This document shows positions 43,321-52,308 of a DNA stretch of 62,942 bases, one piece after another. Position 1 is the stretch's first letter. Each line of letters starts with the position of its first letter. Below the pieces are notes generated by a model, which searched no databases, was not told the DNA's origin, and was given only the letters and a program-made list of their open reading frames with translations. Origin of the DNA: Minisyncoccota bacterium (GTDB lineage: Bacteria > Patescibacteriota > Minisyncoccia > Phycocordibacterales > Phycocordibacteraceae); contig JBAZRE010000004.1 of the NCBI GenBank assembly GCA_041663025.1, forward strand, positions 1 to 62,942, in the 5' to 3' direction. The position numbers and the translations under genes are program-made.

Positions 43321-43801
43321 AGAATTTAGCTAGGCGGCGCGCATGGCGTGGCGAGTCTGAAAAAGGTGTCTCGAGGAATATGCGAACGGCTTCGTCGGCA
43401 TCCTCTCCTGATACGAAGCGCGCGCCGATGGTGAGCACATTCGCATTATTGTGTCGTCGCGGGAGACGCACCGCGTCAAGACCGTCTTCGGAGCGGCCGC
43501 CTTCGATATCGAGCGCCGCTGTTACCTGGCGTGGACCATAGAAGACCGCGGCGCGGACGCCGCGAACTCGATTCGCCGCCATCGCCTCACCTTGCCCGCT
43601 ACCGCCGATGATGACGCCGCGCACGTCTGGCTCGGCAGCTACGCGCTCTGCGAGTGGTGTCACATAATCTGGATAATCATCGTCAGGATCTTGTGCGAAC
43701 GATCCCAAATCCTCCACGTCATATCCGAGGGTGCTGATATGTTCAACAAGCGCGTTCTTGAGCGCGAATCCGGCGTGATCAGCTGCGAAGAATACCTTCA
43801 T
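43319..43801 (-). CDS. rpiB: Ribose-5-phosphate isomerase B
   Basis: MKVFFAADHAGFALKN...; RpiB/LacAB length. Confidence 0.88.
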   Translation of the reverse strand: MKVFFAADHAGFALKNALVEHISTLGYDVEDLGSFAQDPDDDYPDYVTPLAERVAAEPDVRGVIIGGSGQGEAMAANRVRGVRAAVFYGPRQVTAALDIEGGRSEDGLDAVRLPRRHNNANVLTIGARFVSGEDADEAVRIFLETPFSDSPRHARRLAKF

Positions 43802-43808
43802 TGCTGGA

Positions 43809-43886
43809 AGTATAAGGTATAAAGTATGAAGTATAAAGGGCTGAATTCTGGATTCCCCTTATACCTTATACTATTCCCTTTATACT
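43809..43886. repeat. Inverted pair of TATAC-type repeat blocks between gap and rpiB
   Basis: Reverse strand of 43809..43840 reads CCCTTTATACTTCATACTTTATACCTTATACT, almost identical to 38768..38798. 43855..43886 matches 41738..41771. Confidence 0.75.
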
Positions 43887-44941
43887 ATCGCCGCAGTGGC
43901 GATGACGTGACGCACGAGCGATTCTGCATATCCCATCTCATTATCATACCAGGCGAGCACCTTCACGAGATTTCCATCGACCACGCGCGTCATGCCGAGA
44001 TCGGCGATAGAGGCATAAGGCTCGCCGACGATATCGCTCGATACGAGATCATCATCGGTCGTTTTGAAGATGCCCGCCCAGCGCGGGTCGGCCTCGGCAC
44101 GACGAAGCGCGTCATTGACCTCTTCGCGCGTAGTCGGCCGCTTCGCGATAAAGGTGATATCCGCGATAGACCCTGCCGCCACCGGCACGCGTAATGAGAT
44201 CCCGTCAAACTTCCCCGCGAGCGATTCATATGCCTGCGTCACTGCGGTCGCAGCACCGGTCGATGTCGGCACGATATTCATCGCTGCCGCTCTGCCCTCC
44301 TTCATATCCTTCTTTGCTGGACCATCGACGATAGACTGGCTCGCGGTGTAGGCATGTGTGGTGGAGAGTATCGCCTTCTCGATCCCGATGGCTTCATCAA
44401 GAATCGCGATGACTGGGCTCGCGGCGTTGGTGGTGCAGGAGGCGTTGCTGGTTATCTGACACGTCGCGAGTTTTTCCTCATTCACCCCCATTAATACAGT
44501 TTCTCCCCCGTCACCATGCGCGGGTGCAGAAATAACCACGCGCTTAGCGCCCGCATCAATATGCGCATGCGCCTTCTCATAGTCAGTAAAAAATCCTGTG
44601 GACTCCACCACGACATCAATCGCGAGATCCTTCCACGGCAGGTTCGCGGGCTCTTTCTCCGAAAAGAACTTCACCTCCTTCCCATCAATCAGCAAGGTGA
44701 CTCCTCGCATCGAGGTGTCTCCTTGCGCATTTTGTGGATGTCTGACATCCACAGAGAAGGGTGCCCGCCCATACACCGTGTCATATTTGAGCAAATACGC
44801 GAGATTCTCGAGCGAGCCGAGATCGTTCACCGCGACAATCTCAATATCGCTTGCCTCGCCGACAGGCGGGCGCCCATGCGCAAGCCGCGCAAACGCTCTG
44901 CCTATCCTCCCGAACCCGTTAATAGCAACGCGAATAGCCAT
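43880..44941 (-). CDS. gap: Glyceraldehyde-3-phosphate dehydrogenase
   Basis: INGFGRIGR and SNASCTTN motifs. Confidence 0.92.
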   Translation of the reverse strand: MAIRVAINGFGRIGRAFARLAHGRPPVGEASDIEIVAVNDLGSLENLAYLLKYDTVYGRAPFSVDVRHPQNAQGDTSMRGVTLLIDGKEVKFFSEKEPANLPWKDLAIDVVVESTGFFTDYEKAHAHIDAGAKRVVISAPAHGDGGETVLMGVNEEKLATCQITSNASCTTNAASPVIAILDEAIGIEKAILSTTHAYTASQSIVDGPAKKDMKEGRAAAMNIVPTSTGAATAVTQAYESLAGKFDGISLRVPVAAGSIADITFIAKRPTTREEVNDALRRAEADPRWAGIFKTTDDDLVSSDIVGEPYASIADLGMTRVVDGNLVKVLAWYDNEMGYAESLVRHVIATAAIV

Positions 44942-44997
44942 AGAAGCAGAATTTAGAATAGAGAATAAAGAATATAGGTCACGCCCTCTAGTATACC

Positions 44998-45366
44998 CTA
45001 AGAGAAACGTCTACTGCTAGAAATCAAGGCACTCAGTATCTTATTCACTTGGAGCAACATATCCTCGATCTCTGAATAGTCGCCGGACGCTATGTAGTGT
45101 AGATCTCGTGCAATGAGACACTGACTCTCTAATTCGGTTAGCGAACCCCTCGCGATTGAGTAAAACTGCACCTTCTCCTTATAAGAATTTCGGCTGAAGC
45201 CCTCAGCAATATTTGACGGGATAGAGACAGCTGCTCGGCGCATTTGATTCACTATCCCGAACAATTCTTCTTTAGGAAAATTCTTTGTCAAAAGATATGT
45301 TTTGATTACCAGCTCATGAGATTTCTTCCATGCGTTTAAATCCTTAAATGTTCGTATTTTCTCCAT
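44998..45366 (-). CDS. Four-helix-bundle protein (23S rRNA IVS protein / Avd-like family, PF05635-type)
   Basis: FKDLNAWKKSHELV...RAAVSIPSNIAEGF.R....KVQFYSIARGSLTELESQ. Confidence 0.8.
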   Translation of the reverse strand: MEKIRTFKDLNAWKKSHELVIKTYLLTKNFPKEELFGIVNQMRRAAVSIPSNIAEGFSRNSYKEKVQFYSIARGSLTELESQCLIARDLHYIASGDYSEIEDMLLQVNKILSALISSSRRFS

Positions 45367-45436
45367 GTTTGGTTCAGAATTTAGAAGTTAGAATTTTGAA
45401 TTTAGCTTCATTCTATATTCTTTATTCTGCGTTGCA

Positions 45437-47857
45437 TTAGCGGGATTTGGTGGAGCCAAGCTTGTAGAGCTGGGTGATCTCTGTTGCGGAGAGAGCGCGG
45501 TTATAAACACGGACATCGTCGATTTTGCCTACTGGCAGATTACCACTAAAAAGTGGCGATATATAAAACGGATTGTCATCAGCAACCATGTTGGCAGTTT
45601 CTGCTGGTGCCGTAAGTGTTCGGTCTACACCATTTACATAAACACGGATGGTGTCATTATTGCTGTCAAAAACACCGACTACGTGATACCAGGCATTTGG
45701 CGGGAAACTTGCTACTGAATAGTGATTCTTCCATCCCCCGGAACTAATCACAGCTACGAAAGCGCTGCTCTGATACCAGAGGCCGTAGTTAGCTGCGCTG
45801 GTGCCTTTGCCTGCGATTATTCTCCAGCTACTATTATTCACTGTCGGATAAAACCAGAGTGAAAGTGTTTCAGCTCCTACCCCATCTAAAGAATTATTCG
45901 TGTCGTTAATAGTTATTTGATCATCCACGCCATCAAGCTTGAGGGCTTGGCCGATTTTGCCGACGGTGGGAGAAGTGGTGGTGGACATTGAGATAAGCTG
46001 TCCGTTATTCCCCCCTATAACATCATTTGTCTTCCCAGTAGCCCAATTAGTATTCGGCCCGTCAAAGGTCCAGTTTGCGACGAGGCCAGAGGTGAGAGAT
46101 TTGGTCGGCGAAACAGCGACCTTCGCGGCACCGAGCTTGTAGAGCTGGGTGATCTCGCTTGCCGATAGCGCGCGATTGTAGATGCGGACTTCGTCGATGA
46201 GGCCGTTAAAACGATAATTATTGGCTGTGCTGGGGATTAGGCGACCAATCCAAAGTAAATTATTTCCTGCTGCGCTGCCACCAGAAGTTTCTGTGCCAAG
46301 AGAAACCGAAATTCCATCAATATACAATTGGGCCGTACTTCCGTCATAAGTACCGATTACATGATGCCATTTATTGTCGTCTAAATCGCTTCCCGATGAA
46401 GTCTTATATTTTTGACTTCCATAAACAACTATCGGTTTTCCAGTAGCATTAAGCCCTATCTCTCTTCTATTACCAGAACTGTCTGTATATGCCACTATTC
46501 CTGCCCAAGTTGATACTGTGCCTGATACCTTGATCCATGCGCTCATAGTATATGTGCTATTTTCATATCCTGTCCCCGTAATATAATCATTCACTCCATC
46601 GAACTTTAATCCCTGACCAATTTTGCCAACGACAGGAGAGGTAGAGGTGGACATTGAGATAAGCTGCCCGGTGTTTGTTCCTGCTGAATCAGTAGTCTTG
46701 CCAGTCGCCCAATTAGTATTTTTGCCATCGAAGGTCCAGTAGCCGACGAGGCCTAAGGTGAGAGATTTGGTGGGCGAGACGGCGATCTTGGTGCTGACGC
46801 TACTCACGACCGGTGCAGGTTCTTCGCTCCCCCACGTGCTATTGGCCGGCTCGGTGGCAACAATTTTACGAATCAGCGCGAAATCCCATTCATTAGAAAC
46901 TGCTTCGAGATAACCACCGGTATTTAAAGCCATATAGCCAGCACGCCCACCGCGCGTCCACGAATACCAAGTACCATCGTCAAAGCGACCAACTACATCA
47001 GTACCGTTATAGTAAATTTCTTCTGTATACCAAGTGTTAGCTAGAAATGTTCCGCCATTGTCTGTGCCCCAAGCCAGTGCGTCGTCCAAAAATTGATGTT
47101 TATTCTTACTTGCAAAATCATGCAGAAGATAATTTAAACCTTGTCCGTCTGCGACGGTAGTTTTTATGCTTAAGCCAATTCGCTGATCAGCTCCGCTGCC
47201 TCCGGTTATCCGATAACGTGCTCGCATGGCGACATTGTCTCCGGTCTGGCCCGTGCCGTTAACATCGGCAATAATTTTATTAGGATCTTTGTTTGTCGTG
47301 GCGGCTGTTAAAATTCCACCGGATTGAGAGGTGCTATCAACGTTATACGTTGTCCACTTATCAAGATCTAGGCTGGCGCCAGAAAAATCATCAAAAAACA
47401 AAAAAGTGTTGGCGCCGTTTGAGCCGCTGGTGGATTGGCCGGCATTGCCGTAATAAATATAAATATTTTGGTTAACAGTACTTAAATCAGCCGCGACTTC
47501 AACCCAAAAGACCGCATTGTCGCTGTCGGTTTTTGATTCTATCCAATAGTCTAGGGGGGTTGTCTCATCACTCGCCGTAAACATGACATCCGCAAAATCC
47601 GTCCGGCTGTGACTATCAAGATACACATCCCCAACGCTATCCGAGCCAGAACCATAATGCGCAGTTATCTTCATCTGATAATTGGTACCTGCCCCTGTGG
47701 CTGCATTGATAGTGTGCGATTTGCGATACGCCCACGAAGAGTTGTACCAGGCAGCCTCGGCCTGCGCTGGCAGAATGAAAAAGAGTAGTATGGGTATTAA
47801 AAAATATGCGATCCGCTTCTTAGAGCGATATACATGGTTATTTGCAGATTTTTTCAT
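45437..47857 (-). CDS. Secreted DUF2341 + LamG (concanavalin-like) repeat protein
   Basis: AWYNSSWAYRKSHTI (DUF2341-type start). Two LamG-type modules ending in IDEVRIYNRALSASEITQLY and IDDVRVYNRALSATEITQLY. Confidence 0.75.
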   Translation of the reverse strand: MKKSANNHVYRSKKRIAYFLIPILLFFILPAQAEAAWYNSSWAYRKSHTINAATGAGTNYQMKITAHYGSGSDSVGDVYLDSHSRTDFADVMFTASDETTPLDYWIESKTDSDNAVFWVEVAADLSTVNQNIYIYYGNAGQSTSGSNGANTFLFFDDFSGASLDLDKWTTYNVDSTSQSGGILTAATTNKDPNKIIADVNGTGQTGDNVAMRARYRITGGSGADQRIGLSIKTTVADGQGLNYLLHDFASKNKHQFLDDALAWGTDNGGTFLANTWYTEEIYYNGTDVVGRFDDGTWYSWTRGGRAGYMALNTGGYLEAVSNEWDFALIRKIVATEPANSTWGSEEPAPVVSSVSTKIAVSPTKSLTLGLVGYWTFDGKNTNWATGKTTDSAGTNTGQLISMSTSTSPVVGKIGQGLKFDGVNDYITGTGYENSTYTMSAWIKVSGTVSTWAGIVAYTDSSGNRREIGLNATGKPIVVYGSQKYKTSSGSDLDDNKWHHVIGTYDGSTAQLYIDGISVSLGTETSGGSAAGNNLLWIGRLIPSTANNYRFNGLIDEVRIYNRALSASEITQLYKLGAAKVAVSPTKSLTSGLVANWTFDGPNTNWATGKTNDVIGGNNGQLISMSTTTSPTVGKIGQALKLDGVDDQITINDTNNSLDGVGAETLSLWFYPTVNNSSWRIIAGKGTSAANYGLWYQSSAFVAVISSGGWKNHYSVASFPPNAWYHVVGVFDSNNDTIRVYVNGVDRTLTAPAETANMVADDNPFYISPLFSGNLPVGKIDDVRVYNRALSATEITQLYKLGSTKSR

Positions 47858-47868
47858 GGTGCTGCAGA

Positions 47869-48600
47869 TTACTTATTCTTATCCACAGATGCCTTCGAGG
47901 TACTTGACTCCTCAATCGCCTTTGCTACAATTAACCCTGTTAACGTCGCCCCGGCCGAAAGGTCGGGGTTTGTCGTTACTCCATATTCTACCCACTCTCT
48001 AATTAATTCGAAAAAGATGTGGTTTTTAAGACGAAGCTCCCACGCCATATTTTTTTTGTAACCCATAAATATGATGTGTTTCCCACGCGCGGCCACATAT
48101 TTTTCAAGTGCGAGATAATCGCTGTCACCACTCACAATAATCGTAGCATCTACAGCCTCAATATTCTCCACAACGTCCACCGCAAGATCGACATCAATAT
48201 CTCCTTTTTTTATTTCTCTTTTCTCCTCATCACTCCAGATATATTTCATCGGTTTTTGACACACGGTAAATGCCATGGAAGCTTTTTGTATGTGTGTCAG
48301 TGTTTTTGCATAATTCGAGTCATCCTCACGTGGGACAACAATGTGGTAATTGATGAATGAGAGATTACAAGCGTGGGACAGCAAATTTTTCAATTTGCCG
48401 AAATCAATGCGCCACCCAATTCGCGCGGATGTATGGTATAGATTCCCTGCGTCAATAAACACGCCGATACACGGTTTTGTGTTTTTAGGCACAGAGACCT
48501 TGCTTTTGATGAGTTTGTTGATCATACTGTATGTAGAGATCGCCCGATGGGGGTGAGGGAGAGCACTTCCCAAGATTCTCGTTGCTGTGACGAAGTGCAT
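47869..48600 (-). CDS. NYN-domain (LabA-like) protein
   Basis: IGVFIDAGNLYH...GDIDVDLAVD...IVSGDSDY motifs. The true start may be the internal ATG at 48525. Confidence 0.7.
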   Translation of the reverse strand: MHFVTATRILGSALPHPHRAISTYSMINKLIKSKVSVPKNTKPCIGVFIDAGNLYHTSARIGWRIDFGKLKNLLSHACNLSFINYHIVVPREDDSNYAKTLTHIQKASMAFTVCQKPMKYIWSDEEKREIKKGDIDVDLAVDVVENIEAVDATIIVSGDSDYLALEKYVAARGKHIIFMGYKKNMAWELRLKNHIFFELIREWVEYGVTTNPDLSAGATLTGLIVAKAIEESSTSKASVDKNK

Positions 48601-48670
48601 ACATCAGCATAAAACGAGCATCCCCACCGGTTGACCTCACTATTCCATCGATCAAAATCTTTTTCCATAC

Positions 48671-50764
48671 TTACTTGAAAATCACGTTGCGTTTGAAGAT
48701 GAGGTTCTTGAGGAAGATAATGGGTGAGACATTGGGTAGGACCGGAGCCACCGGACACGCCCCACTCACCCATCCATTCCCAACAAAGTTGTAATCATTT
48801 GTTGAGTTTGTGACATACCACGTGGTATCAGGAGTCGCCTTGACTCTTGAAATATCAAGATAATCACCGCAAATTGTCCCTCCCCCCGCCTTAGCTAGAG
48901 TAGAAGTTGCCGCAGTTATTGTCCCAATAGTGATATGACTTCCACTCGTCCCTAGTAGCGTAGCTGTTGTTGTTGTGGAAATGGTATTAGCCGTGAACAG
49001 TATCGTCCTCCCTGCATCCACCTTAAAGTCATTAAAAGTATTTGAGCCTGAAAATAGGACAGCATAAGCTCCTGTCGTATTGTTCCAAAAGTTATTATAC
49101 GTTTTACTTCCGCCAGTAAAAGGTCTAGCGGCAGTGAGAGTGCTAATTAATTTGATAGTGGATTGCTCTGCATAAAAATTTAGATTTGTAACTGTAGCTA
49201 GATACCATAAATTGTCAGCACTTCCAGCAATAGTCCACGTTCCGCTTCCCATATATATACTGCGAGGATAGGTGCCACTTCCATCAAAATACCCAATAGT
49301 AACATTCTGGTCATTTGCATCAAAAATTCCAGAACCTATGGTAAGTTTTCTATTATTACCTAAGCTAAGAGCATCCATTAGCGTATATCCACCGTCTGAG
49401 GCATAAATTCTCAAACTCATTCCACTAGGAAAAGTTTTTCCATTACTTGTGAACTGGTGTTGCCCTCTTCCTTTCATATCAAGAGTGAAACCACTGCTAC
49501 CCGTTAAAGCTGTAGAGCTTGAAAAAGTGAAATTGCCAAATGCAGTTGTGGAAAGTGAACCCATAGCCCAAGTTTGACCTATTACCTCACTCCAATCAAT
49601 GTTTGCTCCAAGGCGTTGAACTGTACTTGTAATTGTCTTTCCTGACCCAGTGAAAGAAGCATTATCAAAAACTACATTGTCGTGACATAAAGGCACTCGT
49701 CCCAGCCCTCCTGCTCCACCAGAACCTAGATACCAGTGACCAGAATCACCCCAATTACCCGTATCAGCATACCAATAGAGCGTCGTGGAGGCGGTAAAGG
49801 CGGCATCTCCTAATGATTTAAAAGAGTTTCCACCGCAATTACCCGAACCACCAGTAGCTGCTGATAAATCCCAGCTCGCGGCTCCCGCTCCGGTGATGTC
49901 CATAAAATCAGCATTGGTAGCCGAAACGTTTGCGGCAGTAATAGTGGCTGGTGAGCCGCCACCAGCAGAGATATTTGAATAAACGAACGCTCTTGTAGTA
50001 GAAGAAAACCCATTTATGACGAAATTATTGTCAACCGTTAAACCAGAGATTGAAAACTGTCCCAGTATACCTTGATTGTTTCCAGCGGTTGAACCAGTAA
50101 CGGTTAAATCATAAAAAGCATTAGACCCTGTAAATGAAGTGCTGCCAGATATAGTAGTTCCCAATCCCGCCAACTCTACTTCTTGATTATTAGCATCAAA
50201 GCTTCCGACAGATCTTGCGAGAGTTAAAGCAGTTGTAGAAACAAGGTTCTTAAAAGTAAGTTTATCTGCTAGTTGGAGAGTCCCTGCTCCGTTAATAGTA
50301 AAGTTCCTAACGGTTAGCTCTACTCCATTAGACGTGAGTGTTTTAGTTGTTCCTGTTGGAGGACGAAAGGTAAGAGTTGAAGAGGCAGTCCATATGGCGC
50401 CTGAAGCTAAAGACATTGATCCATACACATCTACCGCTGTGGAGACGGTAACTCCCGTTGAAGCCAAAGTAACCACCCCAGAAGCTGGATTCCCTAATGT
50501 AAAGTCTGAAGAGGTAGCAACGGTATTTAGCGTTACTGTATAAGAGTTTGCACTGGAGTTGGTATCAAAAATAACATTTGTTGTGGTGGTAGGCATTGGT
50601 GCTGCAGCGGCTGGTGAGTTGCCAGAATTGTATGACCAGTGATTTGTCGCATCAGACCAGTTCCCTGAACCTCCATACCAATAGTTCGTAGCGTGCGCTG
50701 GTGAGGCGAAGAAGAAGATAAACACTATGAGAAGTAATTTATTGAATTTGTTCATTGATTCCAT
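48671..50764 (-). CDS. Secreted T/S/G-rich repeat protein, probably beta-helical (hypothetical surface protein)
   Basis: Signal-peptide-like N-terminus; 697 aa of low-complexity T/S/G/N repeats. Confidence 0.6.
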   Translation of the reverse strand: MESMNKFNKLLLIVFIFFFASPAHATNYWYGGSGNWSDATNHWSYNSGNSPAAAAPMPTTTTNVIFDTNSSANSYTVTLNTVATSSDFTLGNPASGVVTLASTGVTVSTAVDVYGSMSLASGAIWTASSTLTFRPPTGTTKTLTSNGVELTVRNFTINGAGTLQLADKLTFKNLVSTTALTLARSVGSFDANNQEVELAGLGTTISGSTSFTGSNAFYDLTVTGSTAGNNQGILGQFSISGLTVDNNFVINGFSSTTRAFVYSNISAGGGSPATITAANVSATNADFMDITGAGAASWDLSAATGGSGNCGGNSFKSLGDAAFTASTTLYWYADTGNWGDSGHWYLGSGGAGGLGRVPLCHDNVVFDNASFTGSGKTITSTVQRLGANIDWSEVIGQTWAMGSLSTTAFGNFTFSSSTALTGSSGFTLDMKGRGQHQFTSNGKTFPSGMSLRIYASDGGYTLMDALSLGNNRKLTIGSGIFDANDQNVTIGYFDGSGTYPRSIYMGSGTWTIAGSADNLWYLATVTNLNFYAEQSTIKLISTLTAARPFTGGSKTYNNFWNNTTGAYAVLFSGSNTFNDFKVDAGRTILFTANTISTTTTATLLGTSGSHITIGTITAATSTLAKAGGGTICGDYLDISRVKATPDTTWYVTNSTNDYNFVGNGWVSGACPVAPVLPNVSPIIFLKNLIFKRNVIFK

Positions 50765-51140
50765 CTAATTGCGCCTGCAATTCATCAGCTTGTCTTTGCA
50801 ACTCTTCTTTCGTCGGAACATAGGGCGGAGCTGCTTTTGCTGCCTTAATAGTCTTGAGCCAGTTATCAACTCTCGCTTTCTTATCAGCTGCAATGTCAGC
50901 AGGAGTCTTTGCCGCCCACTGCTCGGGTGTGTAGTAGATAGAGTCATTAAATTGTCCCTCTGGTGTATTTTCACTAATCTTGACTTGAATAGAAGCCTGA
51001 TTATCAGGGCCTTTGTTAAAATTCTCTTGTAGAAAGGCGGAAGTTTTTTGCTCCTCCACCTTCAGTTTTGAATTAAATTGAATCACCTCGCCTATGATGA
51101 TGGCAATTAATACTCCGACGATGATTGCGAATCCTTTCAT
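50739..51140 (-). CDS. Membrane-anchored hypothetical protein
   Basis: 133-aa ORF with an N-terminal TM helix. Confidence 0.5.
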   Translation of the reverse strand: MKGFAIIVGVLIAIIIGEVIQFNSKLKVEEQKTSAFLQENFNKGPDNQASIQVKISENTPEGQFNDSIYYTPEQWAAKTPADIAADKKARVDNWLKTIKAAKAAPPYVPTKEELQRQADELQAQLDGINEQIQ

Positions 51141-51213
51141 GGCGTTGTAGTTATAGTAGACATAATATCAGAAGCGGTTATCCACACTGTGAAATATGAG
51201 TCGAAATCTTTTT

Positions 51214-52284
51214 TCATAGTGTTGTTTTTTTACCCTTCCTCTTCTCGGCTATCTTCTTCACTTCTCGGTCAAAATCAGAAATGTAGTTTTTATCTTGTTT
51301 AATGCGATATTTTTCATATTCGCCCTCTGCCAAAGCAACTGCTACTTCGTGCGAGATATTTCCATTGTCCCTCAAGATGTCCCATTCATTGAACTGCAAG
51401 AAGGCATCTAGCTTCTCCACCCAATCCTTCATCTGCATCGCAATACCTTTTTGCGCTTGCATCTCGGCATAATCCAAATACATCGTTACGATTCTGTTGA
51501 GCCCATTTAATTCTTTTTCATCCAGATAATTTTTAGCAATCGCCACATCAGTTATCCTGATCGCTCCTTGGGGAGAATTTTTCCACGTGGTAAGTCCCAT
51601 GTTCGGTTTCGCACTTCCGACTCTTTTATAAACAATCTCTGCCGCAGTTTGACCGGATATAGCGAAGTGCATTTTATTCTGCACCGTGGCGAAGAATTGC
51701 TTTGTGATTTCTTCATTCGGATCATAATCAATGCTGCACTCTGCATAAATGTCAGTAACTTTTTGGTAAAATCTCCGTTCGCTGGAACGGATATTTCTAA
51801 CCCGTGCCAGTTGTTCTTCAAAATAATCCTTGCCAAAGATATTGTGCGGGTCTTTCAGTTTTTCGTCATTCATCGTAAAACCCTTGATGATATATTCTCT
51901 CAATCTCTCGGTCGCCCAGATGCGGAATTGTGTGGCTTTCTTGCTGTTCACTCGATAGCCGACAGAAAGAATCGCGTCGAGATTGTAGAATTCTATGTCC
52001 CTTTCAACCTGTCTTTGACCTTCTTTTTGAACTTGTGCAATTTTTGCACTAGTTGATTTCTTATCCAATTCTCTCTCTTCAAAGATATTTTGCAGATGCT
52101 TCGTTACGACGCTTCTCTCAATTCCAAAAAGTTCGGCGATTTTGGCCTGCGTTAGCCAGATATTTTCGTTATGGAGAAATATCTCAACCTTAACCTTTCC
52201 GTTCGGTGTGGTATAGAGCAAAAATTCTGTAAAACTATTTTGTTTTACTAATTCCCTTTTTGTCATTTTTTTGTTTTTAATCAT
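51214..52284 (-). CDS. RhuM-family protein (virulence-associated or DNA-binding; often on mobile elements)
   Basis: IWLTQ..IAELFG...V.KHL.NIF...EL...ST.AK...VQ.EG.R.V.R.I..YNLD.ILSVGYRVNS..ATQFR.WAT is typical of RhuM. Confidence 0.75.
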   Translation of the reverse strand: MIKNKKMTKRELVKQNSFTEFLLYTTPNGKVKVEIFLHNENIWLTQAKIAELFGIERSVVTKHLQNIFEERELDKKSTSAKIAQVQKEGQRQVERDIEFYNLDAILSVGYRVNSKKATQFRIWATERLREYIIKGFTMNDEKLKDPHNIFGKDYFEEQLARVRNIRSSERRFYQKVTDIYAECSIDYDPNEEITKQFFATVQNKMHFAISGQTAAEIVYKRVGSAKPNMGLTTWKNSPQGAIRITDVAIAKNYLDEKELNGLNRIVTMYLDYAEMQAQKGIAMQMKDWVEKLDAFLQFNEWDILRDNGNISHEVAVALAEGEYEKYRIKQDKNYISDFDREVKKIAEKRKGKKTTL

Positions 52285-52308
52285 GAAATTTTAAGTTATT
52301 CGGCTTTT

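Noticed and set aside
44998-47857. Diversity-generating retroelement (Avd-like four-helix-bundle gene next to a LamG surface protein)
   Set aside because: No reverse transcriptase ORF is present in the window. The only repeat pair at the LamG 3' end (about 45462..45530 versus 46133..46200) differs by all substitution types, not by adenine-specific changes. It corresponds to two ordinary LamG module ends.
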